This document shows, one piece after another, positions 40,303 through 52,555 of a DNA stretch of 64,000 nt. Numbering within the stretch: the first letter of the stretch is position 1; the number at the start of each line of letters is the position of its first letter. The stretch comes from Calditrichia bacterium. GTDB taxonomy: Bacteria; Calditrichota; Calditrichia; JAJRVZ01. The DNA is taken from the NCBI GenBank assembly GCA_963796965.1, contig CAWCNS010000007.1:704001-768000 (forward strand), read 5' to 3'. Position numbers and translations under genes: made by a program. The notes beneath the pieces were generated by a model. It made no database searches. It saw only the letters and a program-made list of their open reading frames with translations, and was not told the DNA's origin.

Positions 40303-43098
40303 TTATTTTATGGTAAACTGATACTTTCCCGATCCCAAAGTTACTATCACACAATCTTCAGAATTATCTAACGCTTGAATTTCAATCGAATCAGGTACAG
40401 TTTTCCCCCCTTCATAAACGGTCTGACTTCCAACTACAGGTAGTTCCACCCTTGCTGTTGAATTGACCGGAATTTCGATATTAATTTTTACGGTCCCCTC
40501 ACTCTTCTTCCATTGCGAAGAAATTAATCCATAAGGAGAATCAAAAGTTGCCCCAGCTGATTCAATACCATCTATGATCCGCGGGGCAATCAGAATTTCT
40601 TTATAGGCGATTGAATTCTCCGTCTGGGAGATACCCCCAAGTCCGGCATAGAACCATTCCATTAAATGACCCAGCATCAGATGGTTATTGGAGACGTTTT
40701 CCAGAGCTGCCCAGGATTCGGTAAGTGCTGTCGCTCCCTTTTTCAATTGATAGCCATAACCGGGAACGTCATCTCGGGTATTCATCTCATACAAAAGTTC
40801 ATCGGCCCCCATCTCATATAATGCCCTGACAAGAAAGTGAAATCCTACATCACCGGCAGTTAAAGCTTTTCCGCTATTATGTATAGATTCTATGAGGGTC
40901 TTCTCAACTTGCTGCTCGACTTCCATTGGTACAAGATTTAGCACAAGGGGCATGGCAATAGCAGTTTGACTTCCGGTTGAATAGACGAAGGTTTCAGGAT
41001 TCAGGAATTTAATGTTGAAGGCAATTTTAATGTCTTCCGCCCAATTCGAATAAGACGATGCTTCTCTCTCTTTACCTAGTATGTTTGCCATTCTAGAAAG
41101 TATAAAGACATCATAATAATAAATGGCTGTCGCCGTTAACGCTTTTGGCGTCAATTGTGCCGGACCGGGATGCTTTGGACCCAGGTCATACCAATCTCCC
41201 AGACCATGGGAAAGAATATGCTCATCTGCTTTATCCTTAAGATATTTAACATAACGGGTCATCATATCCCAGGCCTTCTCCATTGGCTTGGGATCCCCAT
41301 ACCATTTATAGATCAGCCAGGGCAGAATAACGGCCGCGCTTCCCCATTCCGGAGAATCCCTGAATCCACCGCGAAACTCCGTATATTCCGGCGCAATATC
41401 CGGTACCAATCCCTCTTCTGTCTGGGCAATAATCATATCATCGATTTGTTTTTTATAAAGATGATAAAGATCATAATTATAATGAATACCCTCACCCATG
41501 AGATAGGTTTGTTCCAGCCACCCCAATTTCTCCCGATGGGGACAATCGGTCACAACGCTCTGAAAATTACTTTTGATGGCCCATTTAATTAGATGGTTAA
41601 TTTGATTAAAAAGATCATAGGATGTGTTGAAAGTCCCCTGTTCTGGCGCGCTGTTTCGGGTATGAAGAAGCTTTAAGGAATTAATTCTGGGCAAATCTGA
41701 TTTTTCATTTACTGACTCCGGAACGGCACCCTCAACCTGTACATAGCGGAATCCATAATAGGTAAATTTTGGCCGCCATCTCTCGACATCCTCACCTTTT
41801 AGAATATAGGTAAAGTAAAAAGGTTTACCGCTTGCCCTTTGTTCAGCCTCCCGGTTTGTGTTGATCAATTCAGCAGGGATTAATTTCACCGTATCCCCTT
41901 TACTACCCTGCACTTCTAATTCAATGATACCGGAGGCATTTTGGCCAAAATCATAAAGAAATGAATTTGCATCGCCACTGATCTGGTAGATAGATTTTAC
42001 TTCAATATTCTCCATAATCTTCAGCGGATAATCAGTTTCAGGTACTAACTTTTTATAAGGAGAATCTACTACCAAGACATTTTTCCAGCCGGATTCGTCA
42101 AAATCTGGTGCATCCCATCCATTCTCCTCGAGCCGGGCATCATACGTCTCCCCGGCAAAAATACTTGAATAGGTTATGGGGCCAGGGGATGTCTTCCACA
42201 TTTCATCACTGATCACCGTTTCACTGCTTCCATCTTCATAGATTAATTGTAACTTAACTATCATTTTGGGATTACCGTATGCAGTGATAAGTTTGCGGTA
42301 ACCGTTGTTGGGAATGATGTAAAATCCATTACCGAGCATCACACCAAGGGCATTCTTACCGGAGATAACTTCATTCGTAATATCATAGGTATTATAGAAA
42401 CAATAATCATCATAATCTGTCCATCCGGGAGAGAGGAAATGATCGCCTACTTTATACCCGTTTAGATGAAGTTCGTAATGTCCAAGACCGGATATAAATA
42501 GCAGGGCCTGTTTGAGATCCTTCTTTGTCTGAAATTCCTTCCTGAATATGGGCAGAATGTGATTACCGATGTCCCTGTCATTCCATTTTTTATTCCCCGC
42601 CGGGCCATGAATGCCGGGGACAACCCTGTTTTTCGCTTCAAGTTCATCATAGGCAATCCATTTAGCCCCTCCCCAGGCCTGATGATCAAACAATCCGGTA
42701 GTAAATTTGGCCGGATCACTCCAGGGTGACTCATTTCCATAATTATCCCACACTTTTACCTTAAATTGATAAGTGGTACCAGATTTTAAAGCCGGTCCGT
42801 CATATGTAACAAGAATGCTTTCTTGGCTTTTTTTTAAACCTGAATCCCAGATCAGGTTTTTTTCTCCAGAGAGATACTTCTTCTCTTCTGCAAGGCAAAT
42901 ACGGTAAGCCTGTTGTAAAACATTTTTGTTGGTTGAAGATATTTTCCAATTGAAATGAAAATCACTTATGGGTGTGCCCAGAGATTCCTGTTTATTTTCA
43001 CAATATATTGTTTCGATCTTCAAAGTATCATGATTGCAGGCCAGGATTTGGAGAGACATTATGAGCAATAAGACAAACAGGCTTAGGAATTTTCGCAT
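40303..43098 (-). CDS. GH78 alpha-L-rhamnosidase
   Basis: DFGQNASG, FTYYGFRYVQVEG, TDCPHREKLGW, GLGDW, GATALTESW and SNNHLMLG. The likely start is ATG 43098. Confidence 0.92.
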   Translation of the reverse strand: MRKFLSLFVLLLIMSLQILACNHDTLKIETIYCENKQESLGTPISDFHFNWKISSTNKNVLQQAYRICLAEEKKYLSGEKNLIWDSGLKKSQESILVTYDGPALKSGTTYQFKVKVWDNYGNESPWSDPAKFTTGLFDHQAWGGAKWIAYDELEAKNRVVPGIHGPAGNKKWNDRDIGNHILPIFRKEFQTKKDLKQALLFISGLGHYELHLNGYKVGDHFLSPGWTDYDDYCFYNTYDITNEVISGKNALGVMLGNGFYIIPNNGYRKLITAYGNPKMIVKLQLIYEDGSSETVISDEMWKTSPGPITYSSIFAGETYDARLEENGWDAPDFDESGWKNVLVVDSPYKKLVPETDYPLKIMENIEVKSIYQISGDANSFLYDFGQNASGIIELEVQGSKGDTVKLIPAELINTNREAEQRASGKPFYFTYILKGEDVERWRPKFTYYGFRYVQVEGAVPESVNEKSDLPRINSLKLLHTRNSAPEQGTFNTSYDLFNQINHLIKWAIKSNFQSVVTDCPHREKLGWLEQTYLMGEGIHYNYDLYHLYKKQIDDMIIAQTEEGLVPDIAPEYTEFRGGFRDSPEWGSAAVILPWLIYKWYGDPKPMEKAWDMMTRYVKYLKDKADEHILSHGLGDWYDLGPKHPGPAQLTPKALTATAIYYYDVFILSRMANILGKEREASSYSNWAEDIKIAFNIKFLNPETFVYSTGSQTAIAMPLVLNLVPMEVEQQVEKTLIESIHNSGKALTAGDVGFHFLVRALYEMGADELLYEMNTRDDVPGYGYQLKKGATALTESWAALENVSNNHLMLGHLMEWFYAGLGGISQTENSIAYKEILIAPRIIDGIESAGATFDSPYGLISSQWKKSEGTVKINIEIPVNSTARVELPVVGSQTVYEGGKTVPDSIEIQALDNSEDCVIVTLGSGKYQFTIK

Positions 43099-43359
43099 GA
43101 TTATTTTCCAATGTTTGTGGTAATTATGATGATCTAAAATATTAAGAGACCTGGCTATTAAACACAACATCTAAATATTTTTTTCTGCCCTATTAATAGC
43201 AATAGACCAGATAAAATCTGCCGAATAGAAGAAATTATTCTATAGCGGTTGAAATAATGTAAATGGTTGATTATATATTGAATATCCTTAGTGATCCAGA
43301 GACTCCATGTGCTCTGTGGCTATTTTTTTAACAACTTTGTAGAAAAAGAGGAATTACTC

Positions 43360-44592
43360 ATGAAGCCTATTTCAAATAAAAAGGATGCTTCTGCTATAAA
43401 CCGGCGAAAATTTATCGCAAAAGCCAGTCTGGCTGCAGCCACGTTCACTATTTTGAAACCTTCTCTTATTCGAGGGTCAATTCAAAACTCAAAATTGGAG
43501 GTTGGCGTTATTGGACAAGGTGGACGTGGGTCACTCATCAGTAAAAAGCTGGCAGCGCACACAAACTATGCCTTAGTTGCCGTTGCCGACTATTTCGATA
43601 CGGTGGCTCAGGAAAAAGGTGCGGAGTTTAATGTTTCTAAGGAAAGGCGCTACACATCGCTATCCGGCTACAAGCAATTAATAGATAGCAGTCTGGATGC
43701 CATTTTCTGCGAGACACCACCCTATTGCTTCCCGGATCATGTTTCCTATGCCATTGAGGCAGGCCGGCATGTTTATCTTGCCAAACCCGTCGCCTGCGAT
43801 GTGCCGGGATGCCTGAAGATACGTGATGCTGCGAAAAAGGCTGAATCAAAAAAATTGACATTCCTGGTGGACTTTCAAATGCCCACAGATCCCTTTATAA
43901 AGGAAGTCGTGAAACGCATCCACAATGGTGATGTCGGAAGAATGGGAATGCTGATCACAAACTGTGGCAGTAATGGTTTTTCCGATCCACCCAAAACAGA
44001 CAATATAGAGAATCGTTTACAAAAACTAATCTGGGTAAATGACACCGAACTTGGTTGTGGCCTTCTTGGCAACTTTGACATTCATGCTCTTGATGTGGCA
44101 TTCTGGATTGCAGGAGAACCTCCTTTGAGTGCTGTGGGATCCTCCCGATTGGTGAGAGAAAATCCTCATGGTGATTCTCATGACGTATATTCCGTCACCT
44201 ATCGTTTTAAAAACGGCCTGATACTAAACCATCATAGTGAGCATCTGCGAAACGTGATGAGTTCTACCTTAGATTGTTACATACAAGGTACAGAAGGATA
44301 TGCGGAGACGCGGTATTGGGGTAAAACCTGGCTCAGAAGCAATATACGACCCTACCCGGGCGGCAAGGTTGAGAATCTTTATGACGAGGGAATCAATAGA
44401 AATCTCGACCGCTTTTTCCATGAAGTGGTTAGTGGTGACTATTCAAATACAACGGTCATACCAAGTGTTAATTCAACATTGGCGAGCATCATGGGAAGAG
44501 ACGCCGCTGAGGCAAACGGTGAGTTAACCTGGGATAAAATGCTCACTACGAAACGTGTTCGGGAAGTCAATCTGGAAGGATTAAAACGATGA
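43360..44592 (+). CDS. Tat-exported Gfo/Idh/MocA oxidoreductase
   Basis: NRRKFI, GVIGQGGRG, ETPPY, GRHVYLAKPVA and DIHALDV. A GAGG RBS precedes ATG 43360. Confidence 0.9.
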   Translation: MKPISNKKDASAINRRKFIAKASLAAATFTILKPSLIRGSIQNSKLEVGVIGQGGRGSLISKKLAAHTNYALVAVADYFDTVAQEKGAEFNVSKERRYTSLSGYKQLIDSSLDAIFCETPPYCFPDHVSYAIEAGRHVYLAKPVACDVPGCLKIRDAAKKAESKKLTFLVDFQMPTDPFIKEVVKRIHNGDVGRMGMLITNCGSNGFSDPPKTDNIENRLQKLIWVNDTELGCGLLGNFDIHALDVAFWIAGEPPLSAVGSSRLVRENPHGDSHDVYSVTYRFKNGLILNHHSEHLRNVMSSTLDCYIQGTEGYAETRYWGKTWLRSNIRPYPGGKVENLYDEGINRNLDRFFHEVVSGDYSNTTVIPSVNSTLASIMGRDAAEANGELTWDKMLTTKRVREVNLEGLKR

Positions 44593-45460
44593 AATTCCGA
44601 ATTATTAGCCTTTTGATCATATTTATATTCTTTGCCTGCCAACAAGATAAAAACGGTGAAGACATAAATATTTTCTTTGCCATGGACACCGGAACCGGCA
44701 GCGGATCACATGAAGAAAAAGCGGATATGCTTAAAGAACTTGGCTATGCCGGAACTGATTTCAGCGCCTTGTCATCATTTGGTCGATCGCTGGCACAACT
44801 GCCTGCCTATCTCGAGGCGCTGGATGCAAAAGAGCTGCAATTATTTGCAGTATATATAACGGTTAATATTGATGGAGAATTGGACTGCCCAGCAGATATT
44901 CAGGAAGCCATCACTGTTCTGAACGGTCGAAATACACTACTCTGGTTAGCCATTTCAAGTAAAAAGTTCAAACCGGGTTCAGAGGATGGTGACAAGGCAG
45001 CTGTCTCCATAATTAGCAATATCACGAGAGTCGCTTCCAAACATAACCTGCGCATTGCCCTTTATCCGCACACAAATTTTTACGCGGAACGCGTCGAAGA
45101 CAACTTGAGATTGGTGAAGTTGTCGACTTACCGAATGTCGGTCTGACTTTCAATTTATGTCACTGGCTAAAATGCGAAAATGGGGAAAACCTTGATCGGA
45201 TATTGAAAAATACGATGCCCTATTTAATAATGGCGACCATCAGTGGTGCGGATTTTGAGCCAGGTGAGAATTATGGCTGGGACCGTCTTATTCAACCGCT
45301 GGACGCTGGTAATTATAGCGTACTCGAATTTGTTAGACAACTTAGAACTCATGGTTATAGGGGACCTATTGGACTTCAGGGCTATGGCATCAAGGGTGAT
45401 CCAAAAACCATACTTGCCCGCTCTATGAAGAGGTGGAGGTCGTTTAAGTCAAAATTATAA
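44589..45460 (+). CDS. Xylose-isomerase-like TIM barrel (AP_endonuc_2) lipoprotein; apparent frameshift near 45118
   Basis: IALYPHTNF, then in the shifted frame PNVGLTFNLCHWLK, followed by ISGAD, LIQPLDAG and GYRGPIGLQGY. The start overlaps the upstream stop. Confidence 0.85.
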
Positions 45461-45528
45461 AACTTTTAATCATATCATCATAAATCTTATTAAACCAGAT
45501 TTTTTTAGACCTAAAATGGAGTATTGAA

Positions 45529-46284
45529 ATGATATTAAAAACCAAATTAAGATTGCTGGCGCTTTCAATTCTTGCCATCGTTATTTCATGTCAGGCGCAG
45601 GAAACGGACATCACCTGGAATATCCACGATACTGATCGCCCACAACCAGCTAAAATCACACCGTTACCAATACCATCTGATGCAGTTATTCTATTCTCGG
45701 GCAGGGACCTTTCCCTTTGGCAAAAGGGTGACAACAATGAATCGCTCAACTGGCAAATCGAAGATGATTATTTTTTGAACCCTACCGGTAAAGGTGATAT
45801 TCAGACAAAACAAGCCTTTGGCAGTTGTCAGTTACATGTTGAATGGGCAACACCTGAATTCAATCCAGCCAGTCATGTCTATGATCGTGGAAACAGCGGC
45901 ATTTATTTTATGCAAACTTATGAATTACAAATATTTGATTCATATCCGGAAGCCAATATATATGCTGATGGTATGGCGGCTTCAATTTACGGCCAATATC
46001 CACCTTTGGTTAATCCCAGTTTGCCCCCACTCCAATGGCAAACCTTTGATATCGTTTTTATTAGACCCGTATTCGATAAACAGGGGAATCTGAAAAGTCC
46101 GGCCATCCTGACGGTTTTCCAGAATGGTGTTTTAGTTCACCATAATCAGGCATTAACCGGACCAACTGCTCATAAAGATCGACCGGCATATAAAGCACAT
46201 GCTGACAAATTGCCCCTTATTATCCAGGGTCATGGCAATCCTGTGCGGTTTCGTAATATCTGGATTCGGGAATTGGAGTTATGA
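45529..46284 (+). CDS. DUF1080 family protein (3-ketoglycoside hydrolase-like)
   Basis: PSDAVILFSG, QLHVEW, GNSGIYF, YELQIFDS, SIYGQ, WQTFDI and QGHGNPVRFRNIWIREL. Confidence 0.92.
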   Translation: MILKTKLRLLALSILAIVISCQAQETDITWNIHDTDRPQPAKITPLPIPSDAVILFSGRDLSLWQKGDNNESLNWQIEDDYFLNPTGKGDIQTKQAFGSCQLHVEWATPEFNPASHVYDRGNSGIYFMQTYELQIFDSYPEANIYADGMAASIYGQYPPLVNPSLPPLQWQTFDIVFIRPVFDKQGNLKSPAILTVFQNGVLVHHNQALTGPTAHKDRPAYKAHADKLPLIIQGHGNPVRFRNIWIRELEL

Positions 46285-46343
46285 GGAAAAAAGTTGTTTT
46301 TATATTATTCGAGACTTGAATACTAAGAAATTGTGATTAGGAG

Positions 46344-46407
46344 CAAAGCGCAGAGAGCATAGAACAATGTTAACTCGCAAAATTTAAGATCTGCTCTATG
46401 CGCTATG
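46344..46407. terminator. Imperfect 17-bp inverted repeat between convergent genes (possible terminator or REP)
   Basis: CAAAGCGCAGAGAGCAT (46344-46360) pairs with CTGCTCTATGCGCTATG (46391-46407), followed by TCCCTTTTT. Confidence 0.4.
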
Positions 46408-46425
46408 TCCCTTTTTAATGGATTA

Positions 46426-47772
46426 TTAGACTTTTGGCTCCCAGCCCGGTTCATAATCACGGCTCCAGAGTTTCATTGCCTCCCTGTCATACATTTGGCC
46501 AGTCGTATCATCTATATCAAAGCCTTTTCCTATACGATAGGCAATGTTTGAATAATGCACCATCGCCATTGTTATAACGCCTTCGCTGAGAGGTGCTGTT
46601 AATTTAGCTTTACCCCGGATGGCATTAAAGAAATTTTCGACATGGGCAGTCGACATGCTTCCCCCTCCGCCAAGTGCAGTGCCTGCTTCTTGTGATTCCG
46701 ATTGGCTCTTTCTTACAACTTTTCCTGAGCGATCAAATAACTTATACTCATTTCGGTTTACAAATACACTTCCTTCAGTACCATAGATCACCGTTCCACG
46801 GTCTGCACCATAGGTAAAATATTTGTTTCGACTTTTTCCATCCCATTTAATTATTTTATTGCCAACGAATTTAAATCTTGCCTCCATTGTGTCATACATC
46901 TCCCAACCATCGTTAACAAAATGCCTTTTTTGACCATCCACATCAACACGGATTGGAGAACCTACTTGAAGTGCCCAGCGAGCGACATCAAATTCATGTG
47001 TTCCGTTGTTCCCCGTTTCAGCAGTACCATAAGCCCATCCATACCAATGCCAATTGTAATCCCATGTTTCTTCTGTATACTCACGGCGAGGTGCTGGTCC
47101 CTGAAAAAGATCCCAATCTAAATCCTCATACACCGGGGCTTTTTTCTGAACAGGAACTTCACCTCTGTCATTTGAATACCAGGCAACTGCCTCATAGGGT
47201 ATCCCAATTACGCCAGTATGTATATCTTTAATAATTTCGATTGTATGATCAGATGAACGTTGTTGGGTTCCTATCTGAATAACTTTTTTGTGTTTTTTCT
47301 GGGCATCAACGATCAACTCATTTTCATACATGTTATGGCTCAATGGTTTTTCCAGATAGACATGTTTACCTCCTGCAAGTGCCATTGCTGCGCCGGGAGT
47401 ATGCCAATGGTCGGGTGTGGCATTAAAAATCACATCAACTCTAGGATCTGCAATAACTTTACGCAGATCAGTTTCCTGTTTTGGATTATAGTCAATAAAA
47501 TTAGTATACTTTTTAGCAGCAGAATCCATTTGGCTTTTCTTAACATCGCAGAAATAAAGTAATTGAGCATTATTTTCTTTTTTGCCAATAGCCTCACCAT
47601 AGGCTTTTACCCGACGGCCACATCCGACTATGCCAACATTCAAACGGTCGTTAGCGCCAATTATTCTGCCATAACTACGTTTTGACATTCCCATTACTGA
47701 ACTTCCAACAGCTATACCAGCTGCACTTGCGGTTACCTTTTTAAGAAACTCTCTTCGATTTGTATTTATCAC
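46426..47772 (-). CDS. Tat-exported Gfo/Idh/MocA oxidoreductase (paralogue of 36550-37893)
   Basis: NRREFLK, ATPDHWH, GKHVYLEKP, WDLFQGPAP and NNGTHEFD. Confidence 0.92.
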   Translation of the reverse strand: MINTNRREFLKKVTASAAGIAVGSSVMGMSKRSYGRIIGANDRLNVGIVGCGRRVKAYGEAIGKKENNAQLLYFCDVKKSQMDSAAKKYTNFIDYNPKQETDLRKVIADPRVDVIFNATPDHWHTPGAAMALAGGKHVYLEKPLSHNMYENELIVDAQKKHKKVIQIGTQQRSSDHTIEIIKDIHTGVIGIPYEAVAWYSNDRGEVPVQKKAPVYEDLDWDLFQGPAPRREYTEETWDYNWHWYGWAYGTAETGNNGTHEFDVARWALQVGSPIRVDVDGQKRHFVNDGWEMYDTMEARFKFVGNKIIKWDGKSRNKYFTYGADRGTVIYGTEGSVFVNRNEYKLFDRSGKVVRKSQSESQEAGTALGGGGSMSTAHVENFFNAIRGKAKLTAPLSEGVITMAMVHYSNIAYRIGKGFDIDDTTGQMYDREAMKLWSRDYEPGWEPKV

Positions 47773-48120
47773 AATATACCTCCTCTAAATTATCTATTCG
47801 CCAGAAAAATATGTAAATGATGATTATGCATTTCGTATTTCGTCCAAAGTTTTTCCTTTCTACACTACCTATGAGAATAATTGCCTTTATGAGATAAAGT
47901 ACCTATAGCATGAATCTTAAATTTTAGTCATATAACCTGGAATTACTTTTTCAACTGTGCTCAAATCAGCACCAATGCCTGATTCTGGTTGGTTATCCTT
48001 TTCCCTGTTTTTTGTAAACAAGATAATATTTTCCATAGCTTTTAATATTTTTTTGAGACGCGATATGCGTGATATCATTACTTTTGACAATTCATGGATT
48101 GTTCAGTTAATACTACGTTT

Positions 48121-49602
48121 CTACTTTTCTTGGGGGGTCAATTCATCCAAGGATAGTGTTTTCTCATATAAAATCTCATTGTCCTCTTTAACCAACCTAA
48201 ATGTTACTTCTGGCATGCTTTTGGAGGTGTTAAAAGTAAACTCACCAAAAGCAAATACTCCAACAATCCCATAGAGCTCGGCATCCCACTTTCCGATTGA
48301 ATTAGATACTGCAGATCTTGATCCCAAACTGGCTGCTTCGAATTCGTAAAACTCAAAGCCCGATTCTCTCGGAATCGTAAATCCTCGGGCACCATGTCTG
48401 TCTCCCGAGATTAATAAAACACCTGAAATATTGTTGCCCTCTATAAATTGAAACAGCTCTTCACGGCCTTCCGGATCGTTGACACCCCACGAGTCTTTTC
48501 CATCTGAGACATAATCACTCCACATAGTTCCGCAGGAAATCACAATAAAAGGACCTTTGCAATCAAGTAGTTGTTTTTTTAGCCAATTCATTTGCTGATC
48601 ACCAAGAAAGGAGCCCTCTTCACCGGTTCGAAAATAGCGGTTATCCGTCATAATTATATCGCATGGGCCTATTCTTGCCCTGGTAAATATTCCCTTACCT
48701 TCTTTTTGAATTCCATAGAAAGGATTCGCCCATGAGTTACAAAAAACTTTTCTCACCTTCTGTCTATCCTCATTCGTAAATCCTTCCGGAATCCCGGCAT
48801 CATCATTGTTAAAATAATCATGGTCATCCCAGGAAGCATATACGGGTACCTGACACACAAAATTTTTCCAGGCAACTTCAAAATCTCTAAGCATATAATC
48901 AGCCCTGTGCAGGCCTATATGGCCTTCCCTGTCCTGTACGGCAATATCACCAAATAACAACATGGCAGCGGGATTTCTGGATATAATCGTATTAAACAAC
49001 TGCTCCCGACCGAGCCCCCATCGATGCGGACAGGACCCAAATGCTATTCTTATTTCAGAGGTGTCAGAGTCAACGGGTAAGGTTCGAAATGAATAGGACG
49101 TGTTTGTAACCTCGACAGTGTCATCAAGGATCAATTTATAATCATAAGAAGTTGAAGGGTTCAAATCCTCAATTTTTATAATTGCCGTAAGGTCAGATTC
49201 AAAACGACTGTTCACCGCGACAGACCTAATTTTATTCGTCCCATTAATTGCTTCCACTTCAATCTTTGCTGGTTTTAAAGATCGCACCCAAACGGAAACA
49301 CCATTCGCTGAAATATCACCCAGGAGTGGTCCCCCAAGAATATTCACCTGATACTTCTCACAAAGATTTAAAAATTCTGGATTTGAAACCAGATCTTCAA
49401 AATTTTTATCTTTATCAGCGGACAGAATTTTATAAGCCGTTTCATATAGCATTAACTCGTCTGGCGTGTTTTTATCCCAATATTTCAGAATATCTATATT
49501 TTTAGTTTCTCTGTTCATGGGATGTGTTTTAGTACCGAAAGTCTGAGCGTACGCATAAGTCGTTATCAGAAACAGAAGAAGTAATACTATTTTAACTTTC
49601 AT
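48121..49602 (-). CDS. PhoD-like (alkaline phosphatase D) metallophosphoesterase
   Basis: IAFGSC, LFGDI, WDDHDY, MTDNRYFR, LGDQQMNWLK, DSWG and LISGDRH. Confidence 0.88.
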   Translation of the reverse strand: MKVKIVLLLLFLITTYAYAQTFGTKTHPMNRETKNIDILKYWDKNTPDELMLYETAYKILSADKDKNFEDLVSNPEFLNLCEKYQVNILGGPLLGDISANGVSVWVRSLKPAKIEVEAINGTNKIRSVAVNSRFESDLTAIIKIEDLNPSTSYDYKLILDDTVEVTNTSYSFRTLPVDSDTSEIRIAFGSCPHRWGLGREQLFNTIISRNPAAMLLFGDIAVQDREGHIGLHRADYMLRDFEVAWKNFVCQVPVYASWDDHDYFNNDDAGIPEGFTNEDRQKVRKVFCNSWANPFYGIQKEGKGIFTRARIGPCDIIMTDNRYFRTGEEGSFLGDQQMNWLKKQLLDCKGPFIVISCGTMWSDYVSDGKDSWGVNDPEGREELFQFIEGNNISGVLLISGDRHGARGFTIPRESGFEFYEFEAASLGSRSAVSNSIGKWDAELYGIVGVFAFGEFTFNTSKSMPEVTFRLVKEDNEILYEKTLSLDELTPQEK

Positions 49603-49723
49603 ATTCTCACCTATTAATAATCATTTCCATTAAGATTCTATAGGAGTGATACCTGCCATTTTTTAAAACCGGAATTCATTTTAAGTCCTTAGATGTTAAG
49701 GCTATCAATAAGACCAATTTGCT

Positions 49724-50740
49724 TCAACTTATATTCTCTTTATAGTATTCTATCTCAACTCTATCAGGAATTGTAAGTATTTTTTCAATGATGAGATCTT
49801 TCTCTTCTTTTGAAATATTGACATAATCCTTTGCAAGTTTAATTTTTTCCGCTAACAGTTCTTTGTTTTCGGCTCCTGTTATCAAAACACTTACAGGCAG
49901 TGACCAGGTAAAATACAACGCCTCTTTAACAGTGATATAATTTGGAATGGCTGGCGTATCTGTGGTCCATTTAACTTTATCCCCTTGCAGTTTATGACTA
50001 AAAAATCTTCCGTCGGCAAGGGTTTTCATCGCCAGCACAGCCAGATTATTCTCCAAGGCCATTGGAAATGCCTTCCCGATAAAACTATGATCACTGCAGA
50101 AATCAATCGCATTTAAGGGCATTTGAATAGTTGCAAACTCCCTAAGGTCCTGATTATTCTGCATCATTTGAATATGCGCCTCAGGATTTTGGTGTCCTGT
50201 AAAACCGATAAATCTTGTTTTTCCGGATTTTTTTATTTTTCTTAGGGCATCGATTACACCGTTATTTATTCTATTCTTGACATCCTCCGGATTTTTTAAG
50301 GAATGGATCTGAAGAAGATCTACCCGGTCGGTTTTTAATCGCCTGAGCGATAAATCAAATTGTTCTAAAAGTTCCTTTCCATTGCTGGCCTGGGATTTTG
50401 TCATAAGAAAAATTGAATCCCGGTACTTTGGTATCAGGTATTTACCATATCTTTCTTCACTGGCACCTTTAATGTAATTATGGGCTGTATCAAAAAACCT
50501 GATCCCCCCCTCGATTGCAGTCTCAATAACTTCCTGAGCATCTTTCTCGGTGGTCCATCCCACGTGGTATCCACCTAACCCCAACATTGTTACATTTTCT
50601 CCTGTCAGGCCAAGTTTACGCATTGGAAGCCGTTCGCCAAATTGATCATTATTGTTAGAATTAACTCGCAGGTACAATGGCAGGGTCAATCCAGCCGTAA
50701 ATCCGGCCATTTTTTTTAAAAATTTTCGTCTGTTTTCCAT
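49724..50740 (-). CDS. Tat-signal aldo/keto reductase
   Basis: NRRKFLK, LGLGGYH, FFDTAHNY, FLMTKS, SLRRLKTDRVDLLQIH and IGFTGH. Confidence 0.9.
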   Translation of the reverse strand: MENRRKFLKKMAGFTAGLTLPLYLRVNSNNNDQFGERLPMRKLGLTGENVTMLGLGGYHVGWTTEKDAQEVIETAIEGGIRFFDTAHNYIKGASEERYGKYLIPKYRDSIFLMTKSQASNGKELLEQFDLSLRRLKTDRVDLLQIHSLKNPEDVKNRINNGVIDALRKIKKSGKTRFIGFTGHQNPEAHIQMMQNNQDLREFATIQMPLNAIDFCSDHSFIGKAFPMALENNLAVLAMKTLADGRFFSHKLQGDKVKWTTDTPAIPNYITVKEALYFTWSLPVSVLITGAENKELLAEKIKLAKDYVNISKEEKDLIIEKILTIPDRVEIEYYKENIS

Positions 50741-50810
50741 AGAATTATCTCCCTACTCCTATTTTTGAACAACCAGTATTGCAGATGCAGTACCCATATC
50801 AAATACACTG

Positions 50811-51018
50811 TATGCATACATACCGTGTATTTGATTCTATGCATGTAGAGGTCCCAAATCCATGCCTATACGGGTATTAAATCTATGCATTGAGGGGTTC
50901 CGATATCTCTGCATATCCTACCCCTAAATCTATGCTCTCAGGACCTGTACATCTATTTCTATAGAATCCCGGCCTCTATGCATTCTCATTGTCACTATCC
51001 ATAGATACAGACATATGA
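50811..51018. repeat. 23-bp-period array: conserved core (W)ATCTATGCAT with variable ~12-nt spacers, 9 units
   Basis: Cores start at 50813, 50836, 50859, 50882, 50906, 50929, 50952, 50975 and 50998 (spacing 23, once 24). Confidence 0.75.
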
Positions 51019-51042
51019 AAATTTACCTTTAATTTTTTGAAA

Positions 51043-52470
<1,428 letters not shown>

Positions 52471-52555
52471 GGTTTTTTACTCCGTCATGGTGGAGCGAGA
52501 TATTTGCCACCCCTTGTTCGTACTCCCTAGTATAAACTTTTTTAAATCCTAACTA

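Noticed and set aside
50482..50495. GGGCTGTATCAAAA matching the IS1182 terminal repeat
   Set aside because: It is the antisense of the conserved FDTAH codons in an intact AKR, so the match is coincidental.
50811..51018. Calling the 23-bp array a CRISPR
   Set aside because: The core (~11 nt, degenerate) and spacers (~12 nt) are far shorter than CRISPR units, and there are no cas genes. It is reported as an unexplained array instead.
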